DNA of 63,878 nucleotides, the filler included, from Octopus bimaculoides (lineage: Eukaryota): assembly GCF_001194135.2 (NCBI RefSeq). It is 7 parts of 6 records of this genome, joined end to end, with 100 filler letters (N's around TTAATTAATTAA, not from the genome) between each part and the next. Parts side by side here need not be neighbours in the genome. Positions count along the whole stretch, not along the records: positions 1 to 31,752 come from NC_068985.1; positions 31,853 to 46,585 come from NC_068984.1; 5 more parts are not named here. The stretch is one strand, 5' to 3'. Made by a program: the position numbers and the translations under genes. The notes under the pieces are model-generated. The model saw nothing but the letters and a program-made list of their open reading frames with translations, was not told where the DNA came from and did not search any database. Shown here in pieces: positions 24,389 to 38,250 of the stretch. Numbering within the stretch: the first letter of the stretch is position 1; every line of letters starts with the position of its first letter.

Positions 24389-25541
24389 TTCTTTTATTCA
24401 TCTATTTGTTTCAGTCATTTGACTGCGGTCATACAGGATCACCACCTTAGAGAGTATTAGTCGAAGAAATCGAGCCCAGGACTTATTTTTTGTAAGCCTA
24501 GTACTTATTCTATCGGACTCTTTGGCCGAACCACTAGACTACGGAAACATAAGCATACCAGCATCGGTTGTCAAGCAATGACATGAGGAAAAACAAAAAC
24601 ACACACACGCACACACACACAAATATATATACATATATATATACTACGGGATTCTTCCAGTTTCCGTTTACAATATCCACTCACAAGGCTTTGATCGGCC
24701 TGAGGCTATTGTAAAAAACACTTGCCCAAGGTGCAAAGCAGTGGGATTGAACCTGGTACCATGTGGGTTAGGAAACAATCCTCTTACCATGCAGCCATAT
24801 GTGTCTACGTGTATTCTGTTCTTTTATTTGTTTCAATCATTTGACTACGGCCATGCTAGAGCACCGCCTTTTTAGTTGAACAAATCGACCCCAGGACTTA
24901 TTCTTTGTAAACCTAGTACTTATTGTATCGGTCTCTTTCGCCGAACCACTAAATTACGGGGACATAAACACACCAACATCGGTTGTCGAGTGATGGTGGA
25001 GGGACGAACACACACACACACACACAGATATATATGTATATACGACAGGCTTCTTCAAGTTTCCGTCTACGAAATCCACTCACAAGGTTTTGGTCAGCCC
25101 GAGGTTATAGTAGAAGACACTGGCCGTGGAACTGAACCTGAAACCATGTGGTTGAGAAGCAAACTGCTTACCGCACAGCCACTCCTGCGCCTAGACATAC
25201 ATATATTTTTTATCTTTTACTTGGTTCAAACATTAGACTGCGGACATGCTGGGTCATCGCCTTGAAATGTTTAGGCTAACAAATCGACCCCGGTATTTCT
25301 TTTTTAAAGTCTGGTACTTATCTTGTCGGGGACATAAACAAACCAGCACCGCTTATCAAACGGTAGAAGACAAGCACAGACACAAATGCTTTCTCACACA
25401 CACACAATAAACATATACATATACTACGGGCTTCTTTTAGTTTGGTCGGCACGGGACTACAGTTGAAGACACCTGCGCAAGATGCCACACAGTGGGACTA
25501 AACCTAGACCCATGTGATTGGGAAGCGAACTTCTACGCCTA
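24389..25541 (-). mobile_element. Three head-to-tail diverged SINE family A copies (about 24389-24800, 24813-25192, 25208-25541)
   Basis: Each shows the tail ttcttttatt, atcgacccc/agtacttat, an internal (CA)n tract and the head cttaccacacagcc. Confidence 0.85.
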
Positions 25542-26021
25542 TATCTGAACATATAAATGAGGGGATGAGTGGGGTGTGTGTATATATGTATTGGTATATA
25601 CTTGAATGTGTGTGTGTGTTATTTTTCTTATTTTGATATGCCCTAAATATCTTTAATATCTAACCTAAATATGTAAAAGGCGATCAAAGACATTCTTTTA
25701 TATCATTTACCCTCTGTTTTGAAATACCGCCGTGGACAACATTACCTTCTATATTTTAGAGGTCAATATACATACATTATTGTATGTGTGTGCGTGAGTC
25801 AGTGTGTATGAGTGTGTGCATTGTTGCGTGTTATATTTTCTGCTTTTCTCGCTGTTTATCTTTATACACATATATAGATAGACGTACACATACACACATA
25901 CATATAGATGGAGAAATAGATAGATGAGTGTTTATTGCGTGTCTGTGTGTTTAATATCAATGCACATATTCATTCTGCTATTTCTCCATCCATATGCCTG
26001 TTTGTATGCATGCAGATAGAC

Positions 26022-26076
<55 letters not shown>

Positions 26077-26374
26077 CAGACAGATAGATAGATAAATGGC
26101 TGGCTGGCTGGATGGATGGATGGATATATCCGTATGTGTGTGTGTGTATGAATGAGTGTCTATGTGTGTGTATATATATATGTGTGTGCGTGTATGCACA
26201 TTGACATTTGACTCATATTTACTTAAAAGACAGTGAAGTGTGTTAATGACTGAGAAACGTAATATGTAACTGCCGTTACCTTGAATAATCGCTGAGCTAT
26301 TCGTATTATATAAGGCCTTTTCGTGTGTTTGTTCTCTTGTTTTCATTTTTCTTTTCTCTTATTTTCTCTTACCT

Positions 26375-26465
<91 letters not shown>

Positions 26466-26904
26466 AAAATGTCTTTCACTCTCCGTGTATTATATGGAGC
26501 TTATATTATTCATGTGAAGATTAGCAAGATTTTAAACTCGATTTCCTTTAACCAAAAAGTAGTTTATTCACATTTATAAGCCGGCCACACTCGTAGTATC
26601 ATTTGTTTTCTCAGTAAATATTATAACCTCCTTGATCTTCTAGAGAATAAATATTACGCTTTGTGCTGTGAATGTAACCTTAGTTTGATTCCTTGTAGAA
26701 AGTTTTATTCCACGCTAGTCTTCTAAATCCTTCAGTAATGATCTAACAGCGAATAATTCTCGCAGTGTAACATAATCTTCATTAATTATTATAAACATAA
26801 CTCATTCCACATTATATGAAATCGAGAAAAATATCTTTTTTCTGTTTTCTTTCGATTGGTAGTGCGAAATCCACAAGATTGCTGTTGGCGGGAAAACTAA
26901 ACGA

Positions 26905-27173
26905 GTAAAACAACAGAAACACACCAATACCGGTTGCCAAACGGTATTGGGAAGACAAACACAAACTCAAAGATTGACAGATATACACTAGATATAAATA
27001 CATAGATACACGACTGATTTCTTTTGGCTTCCGTCGACCAAATACACTCACGAGGCTTTGGTCGGACCGAGGCTATAGCAGAAGACATTAGCTCAAGATG
27101 CCAAGCAGTAGGAGTGAATCCGGAGCCCTGTGGTTAGGATGCATAATTCTTACCACACAGCCATACCTGCGCC
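26905..27173 (-). mobile_element. SINE family A
   Basis: Head reverse complement ttcttaccacacagccatacctgcgcct. A further head fragment lies at about 27535-27622. Confidence 0.75.
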
Positions 27174-28249
27174 TTCAATGCGGGTCCTTTTTTTTTTAGT
27201 CAGTAGAGAGAGAATATACAGTACTCATGACCTCCGTAAATAGTGAGGCACAAGGTAAGAGGAGCGAACCACAATAGATTGTTACTTCTCAAATCATTAA
27301 CCAGGTCTGCATGCTTACAATACAGCAGGCTCTGATGAAAGAATAATTTGTGATGGGTGGGATCTAACCCAGCTATTCCCGCCATATTAATAACCCATAG
27401 TAAAGCGGGTGCTAGTATATTTCTAAAATGTTAATTGTAGGCATTATTATCGGCAATTATAATTAAATTAGGAGAACGTCATTATTTTAATGGGATTAAT
27501 TCTGGTCAAGAAATGCAGAGAGGGCAACCCTGGAATAGAAGACATTTGGCTAAGGTGCCACGCTGTGGGACTGAACCTAGAACAATGTGACTGGGTAGCA
27601 AGCTTCTTACCTCACTGCCATGGAATTACTACTGCATGAAGTCGAACTTGCTCACCGCCTGAGATACTCCAATCAAGCTCACCACCATCGTGGTGATGAA
27701 AATGAAACCCTTCAGGATTCAGAAAAATTTAATACATGGTAAATAATTGAATTGAAGTTTTAAATAAACAGATAAACCGATGAACGAATAAGAACATGAT
27801 TGGGAATGGTTAGTTATTTATAAACATTTCTTCTCACCAAATACATTGAATTTTTTAATGATTTTTAACGAGCGTTTTTCTCACTAACTTGGGAATTGTA
27901 TGTTGAATAAGCGCTCAAGAAAGAACAAATAAATACAGATTTACAATTTTCTATACTCTATAACAACTAACATTTAATGGAAAATTCAATTGAACCTCGT
28001 TTCTAAATTATTATATATTTTCTTGCACTTCGTTGGTTCTAACTCTTTCTCTTTTCCATTTTATTTTATTTTTATTTTCATTTCGTCATTTTAGTTTATA
28101 TAGCATTCTGATTTATCTATAACACATTCATATGTATGTATGTATGTATTCATATAATGTGTGTATGTGTGTAAATATATATACACGCATAGATATATAC
28201 ATATATAGTTATATGTATATTTGTGCATGTGTGCATAATTGTGTACGTG

Positions 28250-28301
<52 letters not shown>

Positions 28302-28635
28302 NNNNNNNNNNNNNNNNNNNNNNNNNNNNNNNNNNNNNNNNNNNNNNNNNNNNNNNNNNNNNNNNNNNNNNNNNNNNNNNNNNNNNNNNNNNNNNNNNNN
28401 NNNNNNNNNNNNNNNNNNNNNNNNNNNNNNNNNNNNNNNNNNNNNNNNNNNNNNNNNNNNNNNNNNNNNNNNNNNNNNNNNNNNNNNNNNNNNNNNNNNN
28501 NNNNNNNNNNNNNNNNNNNNNNNNNNNNNNNNNNNNNNNNNNNNNNNNNNNNNNNNNNNNNNNNNNNNNNNNNNNNNNNNNNNNNNNNNNNNNNNNNNNN
28601 NNNNNNNNNNNNNNNNNNNNNNNNNNNNNNNNNNN

Positions 28636-28678
<43 letters not shown>

Positions 28679-29234
28679 GCATACATACATATATAGATAT
28701 ACATATATATATCTATATATATTTATGTATGTAAGCATACGCACACACATCTATAGATGTACATATGTTTGTGTGTGTGTGTATGTGTGTGTAAACTACT
28801 GGAATCTAAAAAACTGTTTGAACAGTGTCGCTCTTCAAACGGGCCACGTGAAATCGTGAAAAGATTGAAACGATTCGTCTACTGGACGGAAATCAAAATG
28901 GCGGCGAAGGAGATGCTCACAAGAGCGTGGTGCTAGCATTAGCTGTGAATTGATGTTAGTTATGCAAGTATATGTTGGTGTGGGAGAAAGAATGATTTTT
29001 TTGGAAAATAGCTTCCGGTCCATTGCCGCATTAGTAATACATTAAGCCAACATCTAATTTCAATCAACATATCTGACAATTTCGATAGATACAAATCAAT
29101 TAACGATATTTGCACGGCATATGTCTGATGGGACAGATACAATCGACTTCCAAACACCCAACCATCCTTTCAGTTTATATTGTATCATATTTTTTTAATA
29201 ATTTTGATATTTTTCTTGCTGCTCTGTCGTTTTT

Positions 29235-29286
<52 letters not shown>

Positions 29287-29402
29287 CAGCAGTAGCAGTA
29301 GCAGTAAAATTATAATTTTTTTTTTTTATTCTTGTGTTGTTTTTAATTTTCATTGACATTCATTTTTATATCTTGATTATTGCTGTAGGTGTTCTTATTT
29401 CC

Positions 29403-29438
<36 letters not shown>

Positions 29439-29515
29439 ATTATTATTATCATCATCATCATCATCATCATCGTCATCATCATCATCATCATCATTATCAT
29501 CTTCATCTTATTTAG

Positions 29516-29735
29516 AGCGGTGAGCTGGCAGAATCGTTAACACGCTGGGCGAAATGCTTGGCGGAATTTCGTCTGCCGCTACGTTTCGAGTTCAAATTCG
29601 GCCGAGGTCGACTTTGCTTTCATCCTCACAGGGTCGATAAACTAAGTACCAGTTACACACTGGGGTCGATGTAATCGACTATACCCCTTCCGCACATTTC
29701 AGGCCTTGTGGCTATATTAGAAAGGATCAGTATTG
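29516..29735 (+). mobile_element. SINE family B
   Basis: gcggtgagctggcagaatcgttaacacgctgggcg...ttcatcctcacagggtcgataa...ggggtcgatgtaatcgac. Confidence 0.85.
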
Positions 29736-29738
29736 TTA

Positions 29739-29769
<31 letters not shown>

Positions 29770-30073
29770 ATCATCATTATATTTGTTATTGATATTGTTA
29801 TTGTTATTATTGCTGTTGTCATTGTTTTGTTGTAGTACATGCTGTTTTTTCTTACTTTTTGTTATTTTGACGTTGTTTTTCTTGTTTCTGATTTTTTCAT
29901 GTTGCTACAAGTTTGAATTAATTGAGGAATGTTTACTTGTGGCTGATTCGTGCTAGAAAATAGAGAACCACAAATATTTGTTAATATCTGTTAGAAATAT
30001 TTCAATTAATTCCAATATAATTACTTTTTTTATATATATATCATCTTTCGCCAGCTTCTATGTCAATGCCAAT

Positions 30074-30111
<38 letters not shown>

Positions 30112-31214
30112 TATCTCTCTCTCTCTCTCTCCTCTCACCACTATTTCTCCAGCCTTCTCTCCCTCTCTATCACTCTCACTTCTACATGCATATCTTCCGC
30201 TCTCTGACTCTCCTTCCCTCTCTCTCNNNNNNNNNNNNNNNNNNNNNNNNNNNNNNNNNNNNNNNNNNNNNNNNNNNNNNNNNNNNNNNNNNNNNNNNNN
30301 NNNNNNNNNNNNNNNNNNNNNNNNNNNNNNNNNNNNNNNNNNNNNNNNNNNNNNNNNNNNNNNNNNNNNTCTCTCTCTCTCTCTATCTATCTATCTCTAA
30401 AGTCACTTCCTAAATTTTTGTAATCTATTATTTCATTTCTTCATTCATTAGTCACCTTGTCCTCTCCAACTTAGTATCCCTCTCCTTCTCACACCTGTCA
30501 ACCACTTAATCTCTCACCTCTTCTTTTTTTCCTTCCCTCTTTCTTTCTCTCTATGTTTTTCCTACTATTTCGTCCTCTTTCCTTATCCATGTTTGTCTTG
30601 TAATTCTATAGATATAAATCCATAATTGGCTGTGTGTAAATTGGTTTACATTACAGATATTCATTAACAAACTCTCAGTCATTCGAATCATCAAAGATTC
30701 ATTTTTATTACTTGGTCACAGAAGAAGTGGAAATACCTAACTTCTTTAGAAGCCCACTGTAATCTACTGACACTCGAGTGGTTGCTAAGTTTAATTTTTT
30801 TTTACATTTAATGTCTGTTTTATAAATGATGTCGCTGAAGAGTGGTTCAAGCTGGATGTAGCGCAGAGAAGGAAAGTTTAGGAAATGTGTTTGATTCAAG
30901 GTTTAAAGATATAGTCACGAGGTCTTCAATTAAGTGTTTACGTAAATATAGTGCAAAAGTTTAAGAGTATAATAGTTTACACACACACATATATATGTAT
31001 ATGCATGTATGTATATTATACACGCAGAGGCCCACATAATTTTAAGCTCGGCCACACATACATTCAGAAGCGCTCGCCTCCATTCACACATACACACTCA
31101 CACCAACCTCACATACACACACGCGCTTGCGCATCCCAGTTCAGCCGGTTCACTGTTATTATCTCCCTTTCGCTCAGACTCTTCTTCGGGTCATTTCATC
31201 ATGTTGCACCGTTA

Positions 31215-31410
31215 ATCTCTACACACTTTTTCTCTCTCCATTTTTTTCCCCGTTCTCTCTCCATTTTCCCTCTCCGTCCTTTATGTTGAAGAGCGTATGT
31301 TTGAAACGTCAAAGACTCTTCCATTCTTCCTCAGTGTCAAACTAATACATCTGCTTGTGGTTCCCTCACCTGTCTTAGTTTTTTGTTTCCTATAAATTTG
31401 AACCATATTA
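31215..31410 (+). mobile_element. Dispersed repeat (PLE-end-like) with a variant hammerhead motif at 31276-31316
   Basis: Homologous to 54860-55030 (shared gttgaaga..gta.g.t.ga.acgt.aaagact..gtcaaactaatac.cctgcttgt). Confidence 0.65.
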
Positions 31411-31752
31411 TATATGTGTGTGTATGTATGCATATATATACATATGCTCAAGAAGACCCGTACTCCGCAGAAGTGTTAAGGCCGGTCCTTCCGCTAGCGT
31501 GAAGCACTCACATCGGTGTCACCTAAAATCACCCAGTCATAGAAACCAAGCCAAATTGCACTGGAGTCTGAAGCAGTTCCCCAGCTTGCCAGCATGGACA
31601 ACGAACGTTAGATGATGATAATGATGACGATGTGATGAGTAGGATATAAACATTGCTATTCTGTACTAATACTACTTCCGTCGATAATACATGCATATAC
31701 ATGTGTGCATATGTATGTATGTGTATGTATATATATATATATATATATATAT

Positions 31753-31852
31753 NNNNNNNNNNNNNNNNNNNNNNNNNNNNNNNNNNNNNNNNNNNNTTAA
31801 TTAATTAANNNNNNNNNNNNNNNNNNNNNNNNNNNNNNNNNNNNNNNNNNNN
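31753..31852. other. Artificial 100-bp contig spacer N44-TTAATTAATTAA-N44 (also 46586-46685, 50129-50228, 54706-54805, 59262-59361, 62666-62765)
   Basis: Six identical constructs. The palindromic 12-mer gives a stop codon in all six frames. Confidence 0.95.
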
Positions 31853-32128
31853 CAGCCACAAAGAGAAGGTCCCTGTCACTCGTTGATGAGGTAGTTTGCA
31901 AGAGGGTGTCATAGAATTGGTCTTTCAGACCATCTGGTAGCCCCGGTTGAGGTGCATAGGCTGAGATGACAGTAGCTAATCTATGATGAAGCACTAGTCT
32001 AATCTTAAGTACTCTGTCACTTACTCTAACGACCTCGATTACCTTATCCACCCATTTCTCCGCTAGAAGTATTCCTACGCCCCCGACCCCGTCAGTGTTC
32101 CCTGCCCAGAAAATCTTGTACCCGTGTT
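31853..32128 (-). mobile_element. RTE-type LINE, AP-endonuclease fragment (well preserved)
   Basis: GYKIFWAGNTDGVGGVGILLAEKWVDKVIEVVRVSDRVLKIRLVLHHRLATVISAYAPQPGLPDGLKDQFYDTL, an APE domain. Cut by the gap and by (TA)n. Confidence 0.85.
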
Positions 32129-32265
32129 CTTATATATATATATATATATACATGCATACATAATTAAGGATAAAATCAATTAATGATTTTTAGTGGCCAG
32201 CATGTAATAAAAGCCATATAGGTAAACATTAATATAAATATGTAATTATGATAATTATAATTATA

Positions 32266-32725
32266 TACGTGGTCTGATCAATAAGTATCCAGACTGTTGC
32301 CATAGTAACAAAATTAAAGCACACAGAGTAAAGCCACCCAGCACAGATTGACCTTGAACTCTGTTGTGCATGTGCACTAAGTTTTAACATTCTAGCTTAC
32401 TTCCACTGTTTACAGCAGTGCTTGGAAGTAACAGCAGTGCTTGGAAGTAGTGTGTGTTCATTACACTGAACATGACAGAAAATGTTGAGCAGGGAATCTG
32501 CATCAAATTTTGCCAAAAGCTTGGCGATACCTGCTCAGAGGCCTATGCAAAGTTTTCAAAAGTTTTCATCATTCTCAACACAATCAAGGAGATTTTGTGC
32601 AAGAGAAACCTGAGTGTATTTTTAGTCAACTGAAAGTAGTTTGGGCACAAACTTGGTTGACACGCATCTTATACCCAAATCTTCAGTGATAATGGACTAA
32701 ACTGAACCATAACTCATCTTCACAT
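32266..32725. mobile_element. Mariner remnant: 5' TIR and start of transposase (+) joined to an inverted HTH fragment (-)
   Basis: TACGTGGTCTGATCAATAAGT terminus. MTENVEQGICIKFCQKLGDTCSEAYAK on plus, ITEDLGIRCVSTKFVPKLL on minus. 19-bp tandem duplication acagcagtgcttggaagta. Confidence 0.75.
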
Positions 32726-33259
32726 TCTCAATGGTTCAATGATTTCCCCTCACAGCTGTATGCACATCTGTGATGTTTTTCTCAGTTCTGCTGGTTTTTT
32801 CAGACATCTTGAAAATATCTGAACCACTCACACACTTATGTGTGGCTCATACACACTCACAATATGTGAGATTGTTTCATTTTTGTGGTCACACATCCCA
32901 CAAAGGGGAAATTCACTGCTCTTATCTATTTGGAACCTGGTGTAATTAGTTCTCAGTGCTTATTATCATTATCATTATTATTATTATTATTTAGATGAAT
33001 GATAGAGTGAGAAAATGGAGTGGCTGGGAGTGGGGTATGGTAGATATGTTAGAGCATGGAGTGTGAATAGGCATATGAGGAAGAGTGGAGGGGCCTGCAG
33101 TGGGTGGTGATCATGGATAGTTATATGGGGAGGATGTTGGAAAGATAGGTTGTTGGAGTGTTTTGACAGAGGACAGGTTGTGTGTGTGTGTGTGAGTGTG
33201 TGTGTGAGTCTGAGTGGAGGTCATGGTTATTAAAAGAAATGCCTTTATGTATGGATAAC

Positions 33260-33525
33260 CATGCTTTTACTTAGCTCAACATGTCTTCTCAAGCACAGCA
33301 AATCAGCCTCTTGTCATCTCCTCTGTGAGGTTCAACATCTGAATATCACTTCCCACCACCATATTAACCCATGTCTTCCTGGGTCTACCCCTTTCACAGG
33401 TTCTCTCCACAATTAGAAATCAGCACTTATTTATGCAGCTGTCCTCATCCATACATATCACATGACCATACCAACAGTTTTCTCTCTTACACACTACATC
33501 TGATGCCTCTTATATCCAATTTCTC
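33260..33525 (-). mobile_element. RTE-type LINE 3' end
   Basis: WYGHV..MDEDSC.NKC...V...C.RGRPRKTW on minus, decayed. Confidence 0.7.
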
Positions 33526-33996
33526 TACTCATGCAAGCATGGAAGACAGACGTTAAATGATGATGATGGTGATGAAGATGTGCATGCACACTGACATGAC
33601 CTATCTAGTGGAACATGTTGGTTTCATTTCTTTCAAGCTTTTGCATATCCTCAGTAGTCACATCCTAGTTACACTACCATGTAGCATAGCTGTTTGTACA
33701 CAGGTATCATACAACCTACTCTTCACTCTCAGGGAGAGAATCATAGTTACCAACAAAAGTAACAGCTCTCTGAACTTTTCCCAGCCTGAAAGACGAACTA
33801 GTTTTTGATGGAGTTTCTCAATATGTTTCCATTGAAGTCTAATGTCGGCTCTATACCGGAGGGCATCAAGCTATAGAAACCATGCAAAAATAGACAAATG
33901 GAGCCTGGTTTAGCCCTCTGGTTTGCCAGCTCCAGCCAAACTGTCCAACCCATGCCAGCATGGAAAACAGACGTTTAATGATGATGATAATGATGC

Positions 33997-34450
33997 AGGT
34001 GGTGAGCTGGCAGAGTTGTTAGCATGTTGGACAAAATTCTTAGTGGCATCTTGCCTGTCTTTATATTCTGAGGTCAAATGCTGTTGAAGTTGACTTTACC
34101 TTTTATCCTTTCAAAATTGATGAAATAAGTATCAGTTGAGTAGTGGGGTTGAAATAATTGACTAGCCCACTCCCCCAAAATTTCAAGCCTTGTGCCTATA
34201 TTATAAAGAATTATTATTATTATTATCCAGTCAGCTACCAAGCAAAATTTTAAGCCTATTTGGCAAAATACTTAGAAGTAATTTTTTCTGCCAGTTCCTT
34301 ATGTTCTGAGTTCCTATTCCACTGGGGTCAATTTAGCCTTTCATCCCTCTAAGTCGATGAAATAAGTACCAAACAAGTACTGGGGGTCCATGGTATTGAC
34401 TAACTCCTTCTCCTCAAAATTGCTGGCTTTGCACCAAAATTTGAAACTAT
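33997..34450 (+). mobile_element. Two CpG-eroded SINE family B copies
   Basis: Alignable to the 58.1-kb copy, but CpG positions are converted to TG/CA. Confidence 0.75.
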
Positions 34451-34779
34451 TATTACTGTTCAATAGTCTTTTTTTGTGTATGCTTTCACTGCTCTACCAA
34501 GCTCAGCTCCGTATGTCTGGGTATTTGTTATGGTTTGTTTTGGCACTGTTATTTTAACTGTACTGAAAGTTCTCTGTGTAAGATGTGTGTGATGCCTAGC
34601 AGTGCTAGTTTGTTAGAGATATTTGAAAGTCCTGGAGTTTGGGTTATGAGCTCTGTGAACAAAGGTCATAACAGTAACAACAGAAAAGACTGAGAGAGGA
34701 GATAGTATGCCAGTGGGCCAGGGGGTGGAGTGTGTTTGTTAGTGATGGGGTGCAATCCACCAAGTAGTTTTCTTTAGAT

Positions 34780-35130
34780 TTGATCTAGGATGTCAGTGTG
34801 GGTAGTAGCAGCACCATCCTATATGTGGGCACAATACACTACTATGTGGGCCTCACTTGAGCCTTGTAGAGTGTCAGCAGCTATTATGGTTGAAATGTCT
34901 TTTTGTCCAAAAGAGAAGAGCCAGTCTTTGACATTTGGTCCGAGCAACAATAAGGATGTGCTTTCACCAGGGGAGACCATCAATGATAGGGAGAGACCAT
35001 GAGTAATAGTAAGGCTTAGCATTTGGAGTGTCTGAGAGGGCTCTAGCTGTGTGTCACTCATGTTTAAAGGAGGTGTGGTGCAGTGGCATATTCTTAATAA
35101 GAATAGTACTTGAGCCAAATCGTTGCAAAT
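34780..35130 (-). mobile_element. Decayed LINE endonuclease-like fragment
   Basis: ETQL...HIVVYC pattern typical of APE domains; heavily decayed. Confidence 0.4.
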
Positions 35131-36749
35131 TCCAAAACATTAATATATATTTACAACTGAATCCTTTTATGACAAATGATAGGATCTCTTCTTAGTCACT
35201 TGACTATAATAAATAACAGCCAATTTTCTCAAATCACATCTAAATGTCTTAAAAGAGGAAGATTACATTGGACAATGTAGTCCTAGGTACTACTAAAACA
35301 CAGATTGGCCAAAGCAGGAATGCTTTTAAATATAGGTCAACTCAATCAATACTGACCCAGAGTTAAACAAAAACAACAAAATATAACATGTTTATTTTAA
35401 TTAACCTGCAACTGCCTGTTGTTATAATATAATGTCAAACTAATTAGTCTGTGATTCCTACATAGCCTATTATTCTGTGATTCCTATATGGCCTTGAGAG
35501 TAAATACCATCAGTTATTATTTCTTGATGCATATTGAACTCTATTCCATTGTTTTGATATTGTTTGAGCCTAGCCTTTCTAAATTTTTACATAGTAGTAA
35601 TGATTTACAATTGTTATTTGTTCAATAATTCTTTAAGTTTATCAGTTGAACAGTGATTTCATATGTAGTGAAACTATATTATAAATGAGAAATATGATTT
35701 GTTAATATGAGCATTTAAACTATATTTTTATACATTTTAAAAAATGCTTCTTTGTTTTAATTTTTTAAACTTGAAATTGTAATTGATGCTTACTTGCATA
35801 TAAAAATGAATTGAAATTTTCAACTGGAAAAAGGAAATATTTCAAACAGAATTTTAAAATTTATGAATATTATAAGAAAATTAGAAGGACATTTTCTACA
35901 TTGAAATAAAATTAAAAAGAAGTAGAAAGATGCAAAAAATATAGTATAAAATAAGAGTAAAATAATTTTAAAACCTCACAAAAATATTTAAAAGTCATAT
36001 AACTAAACTGAATTCTTAACAGCATGAACATAAAAGATAGAGGAAAATGTAGATAAAAAAATAAGAGATCATGTGAGAAAAGGAAATTTTGAAATGAAGA
36101 AAAAAATGAAAGAAAATGCTTAAAATATGATGAATTTTATATATATTTTTTATAGTTTGAAGAGGTCTGGATATTTTAATAGCTTTCTCAAGAAAATACA
36201 TTGTAGTTTGAGTATCTTTTATATTTGCATAAGAAAATATAATTATGTTAACATGTCATCGTAGGCAACCAGAAAAGGCAGATTCTATTTCACCGACAGA
36301 ATTTTGCTTTTTTGACATGTTCAGTCCTTGCTAACATGCAGAAATTCTTCAATTCAATAAATGGTCAGATTATGAAATCCCGAATTTTACTCTTGCTATA
36401 AGAATGTTAAACTGGTCTAAACTTGGATTTCTTAGAAACTGATGGTGTTTAACAGTTGAATGGGCAAAGCTTAATATCCCTAACTCACCTTATTTGCATA
36501 TTAGATTGAATATCATTGCTGATACTTTGGTACGCTCTTCTAATAGACATTATATTCTTAGAATGTTTGACATTGCATAAAAATTCAATAGCAAAATATA
36601 TTCAGACATATGTAATTGTCTAAACTGACAAGCCACTCAAACTGAATGGATCAAAGGTTAAAGAACAACTTGTAGGTTCTGCTGATTCCAAGATATACCT
36701 AAAAAACAATTTTTGAAGACCCTCCACAGCTAATGAGGTCAATGTGCTT

Positions 36750-38250
36750 AACATTCCCTTTAAACTATTGTAAGTTAATGACCACAAGAAAAAACATGTG
36801 CTGGGAAGGAATTCCCTCCAAAATCAATATTTTGGAGAGGAATGACTGGGTGGAAGGATTAAAGTTGTGGTGATGAGAAAAAAGACTAACGAGTCAGTAG
36901 TGTTTGATTGGAAGTGATATAATATCAACCTGCTCCAAGGAGTTCTTTGTCTTTTCTATGGTAGATATAGTAGAAAAGACAAAGAAAGGACACAATATGT
37001 TTGTGGGCCATTTGTGAGGGATGTGGTCAAGGATGTTTGTGCATAGCAGCAAGGATGAGAGAACAGTACTCCACTTGAACTCTATTGAGGGTCTGTTTTT
37101 GCTGAAGTTTTTTCTGGCTTTGAAAGAGAAGACTAGTTTTTGTGGCACAGGTTTTGCTACACTGAAGATGTGTATCCACTAGGACAGATCTTCAAAGGCA
37201 GTAAAGCCTAACATTTATAGTAACCTTAAGGGTTTTAGTTGCATGAGAGTGGACAATAATGTCTTCTTGTGGTGTTTAGAGATTGTAAGTATGTGTTGTT
37301 GAAAGAGACAATTTTGGCATGACCCTTTGGAGGATGTTTTTGATATTGCTGTTCATGAAGTTCATGTAGGTCTGCTGTGAGGTAACAAGGCTATATATTG
37401 ATGGTACTTTAGGTGCAGACAGTTAGGAAAGAATGAAAAAAGTTACAAGCTGCATAGAAATGAGCATTGTCGGAGGTAAGAGCATTTAGCTGTTGATATA
37501 TAGGATATATAAGATTATGGAGGATAAAAACCAAAACGTAGGGCACAGCAGACTTGATAGATTATGGAGTAGAAGGTCTCTGTTTGATTCTGCTATAGTG
37601 AATCTATGATCATTAAGGAGGTAAAGGTTATTAGTAATGGCTACCTCTGTCACTGATGGCAGTGAGTGAGATAGGACGATATTTGGCATGGCCAGTAGAG
37701 TTTCTCTGCTTGAAAATGAGACACACTTTTAGAAGGAGAACATAGCCATCCATCAAAAAGGAAGGATAACCAAGAGCAGTATGCAGATATCCAGTTGGAA
37801 ACACTTTCCTGCATGTTTCATAGATTTCACTTAGAATCAATGAAGTTTGGAGCCTCCTCACCATCTTTTTTTTAGATTGCTTAGTCTAAAGAAGGTGGAA
37901 TTGTGTTTATAGCATTTCTAGGACTTGCAACCAAATGATATTAATATAATCAAGAGCAGTTGGGAAATTGTGAGTTGGAAGGGACATGTAGAGAATTGTA
38001 GTTCTGGAAAAGAAGAATTTGGAAATATAGATATAATGGGATTTGATGAGGGAAGGTGAAATAGTAAGGAGGATGAGATGAGGAGAAGAAGCAGGTGGAT
38101 TAAATTGGTATGAACAGGGAACATTGTCTGCAGTATTGGCAAAAGAAATATATTTCTATTCTTTCTACAATTAACCGTGGTACCCCTGGAGAATCCATCA
38201 TCTTTCAGATTAACTTTCTCTCCTTTCATAATCTTTTACAAACCTATACA
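36750..38250 (-). mobile_element. Decayed CR1/L2/Jockey-like LINE RT region
   Basis: KYRPISLTAIS motif plus downstream LL.KLSS.G-like remnants; many stops and frameshifts. Confidence 0.55.

Noticed and set aside
28835-29157. Possible further PLE endonuclease remnant (C..C, R..EH)
   Set aside because: Too decayed; no GIY or YIG motif could be recovered.
31797-31808. Conserved TTAATTAATTAA motif repeated six times
   Set aside because: Always centred in 44+44 Ns: an artificial six-frame-stop linker.
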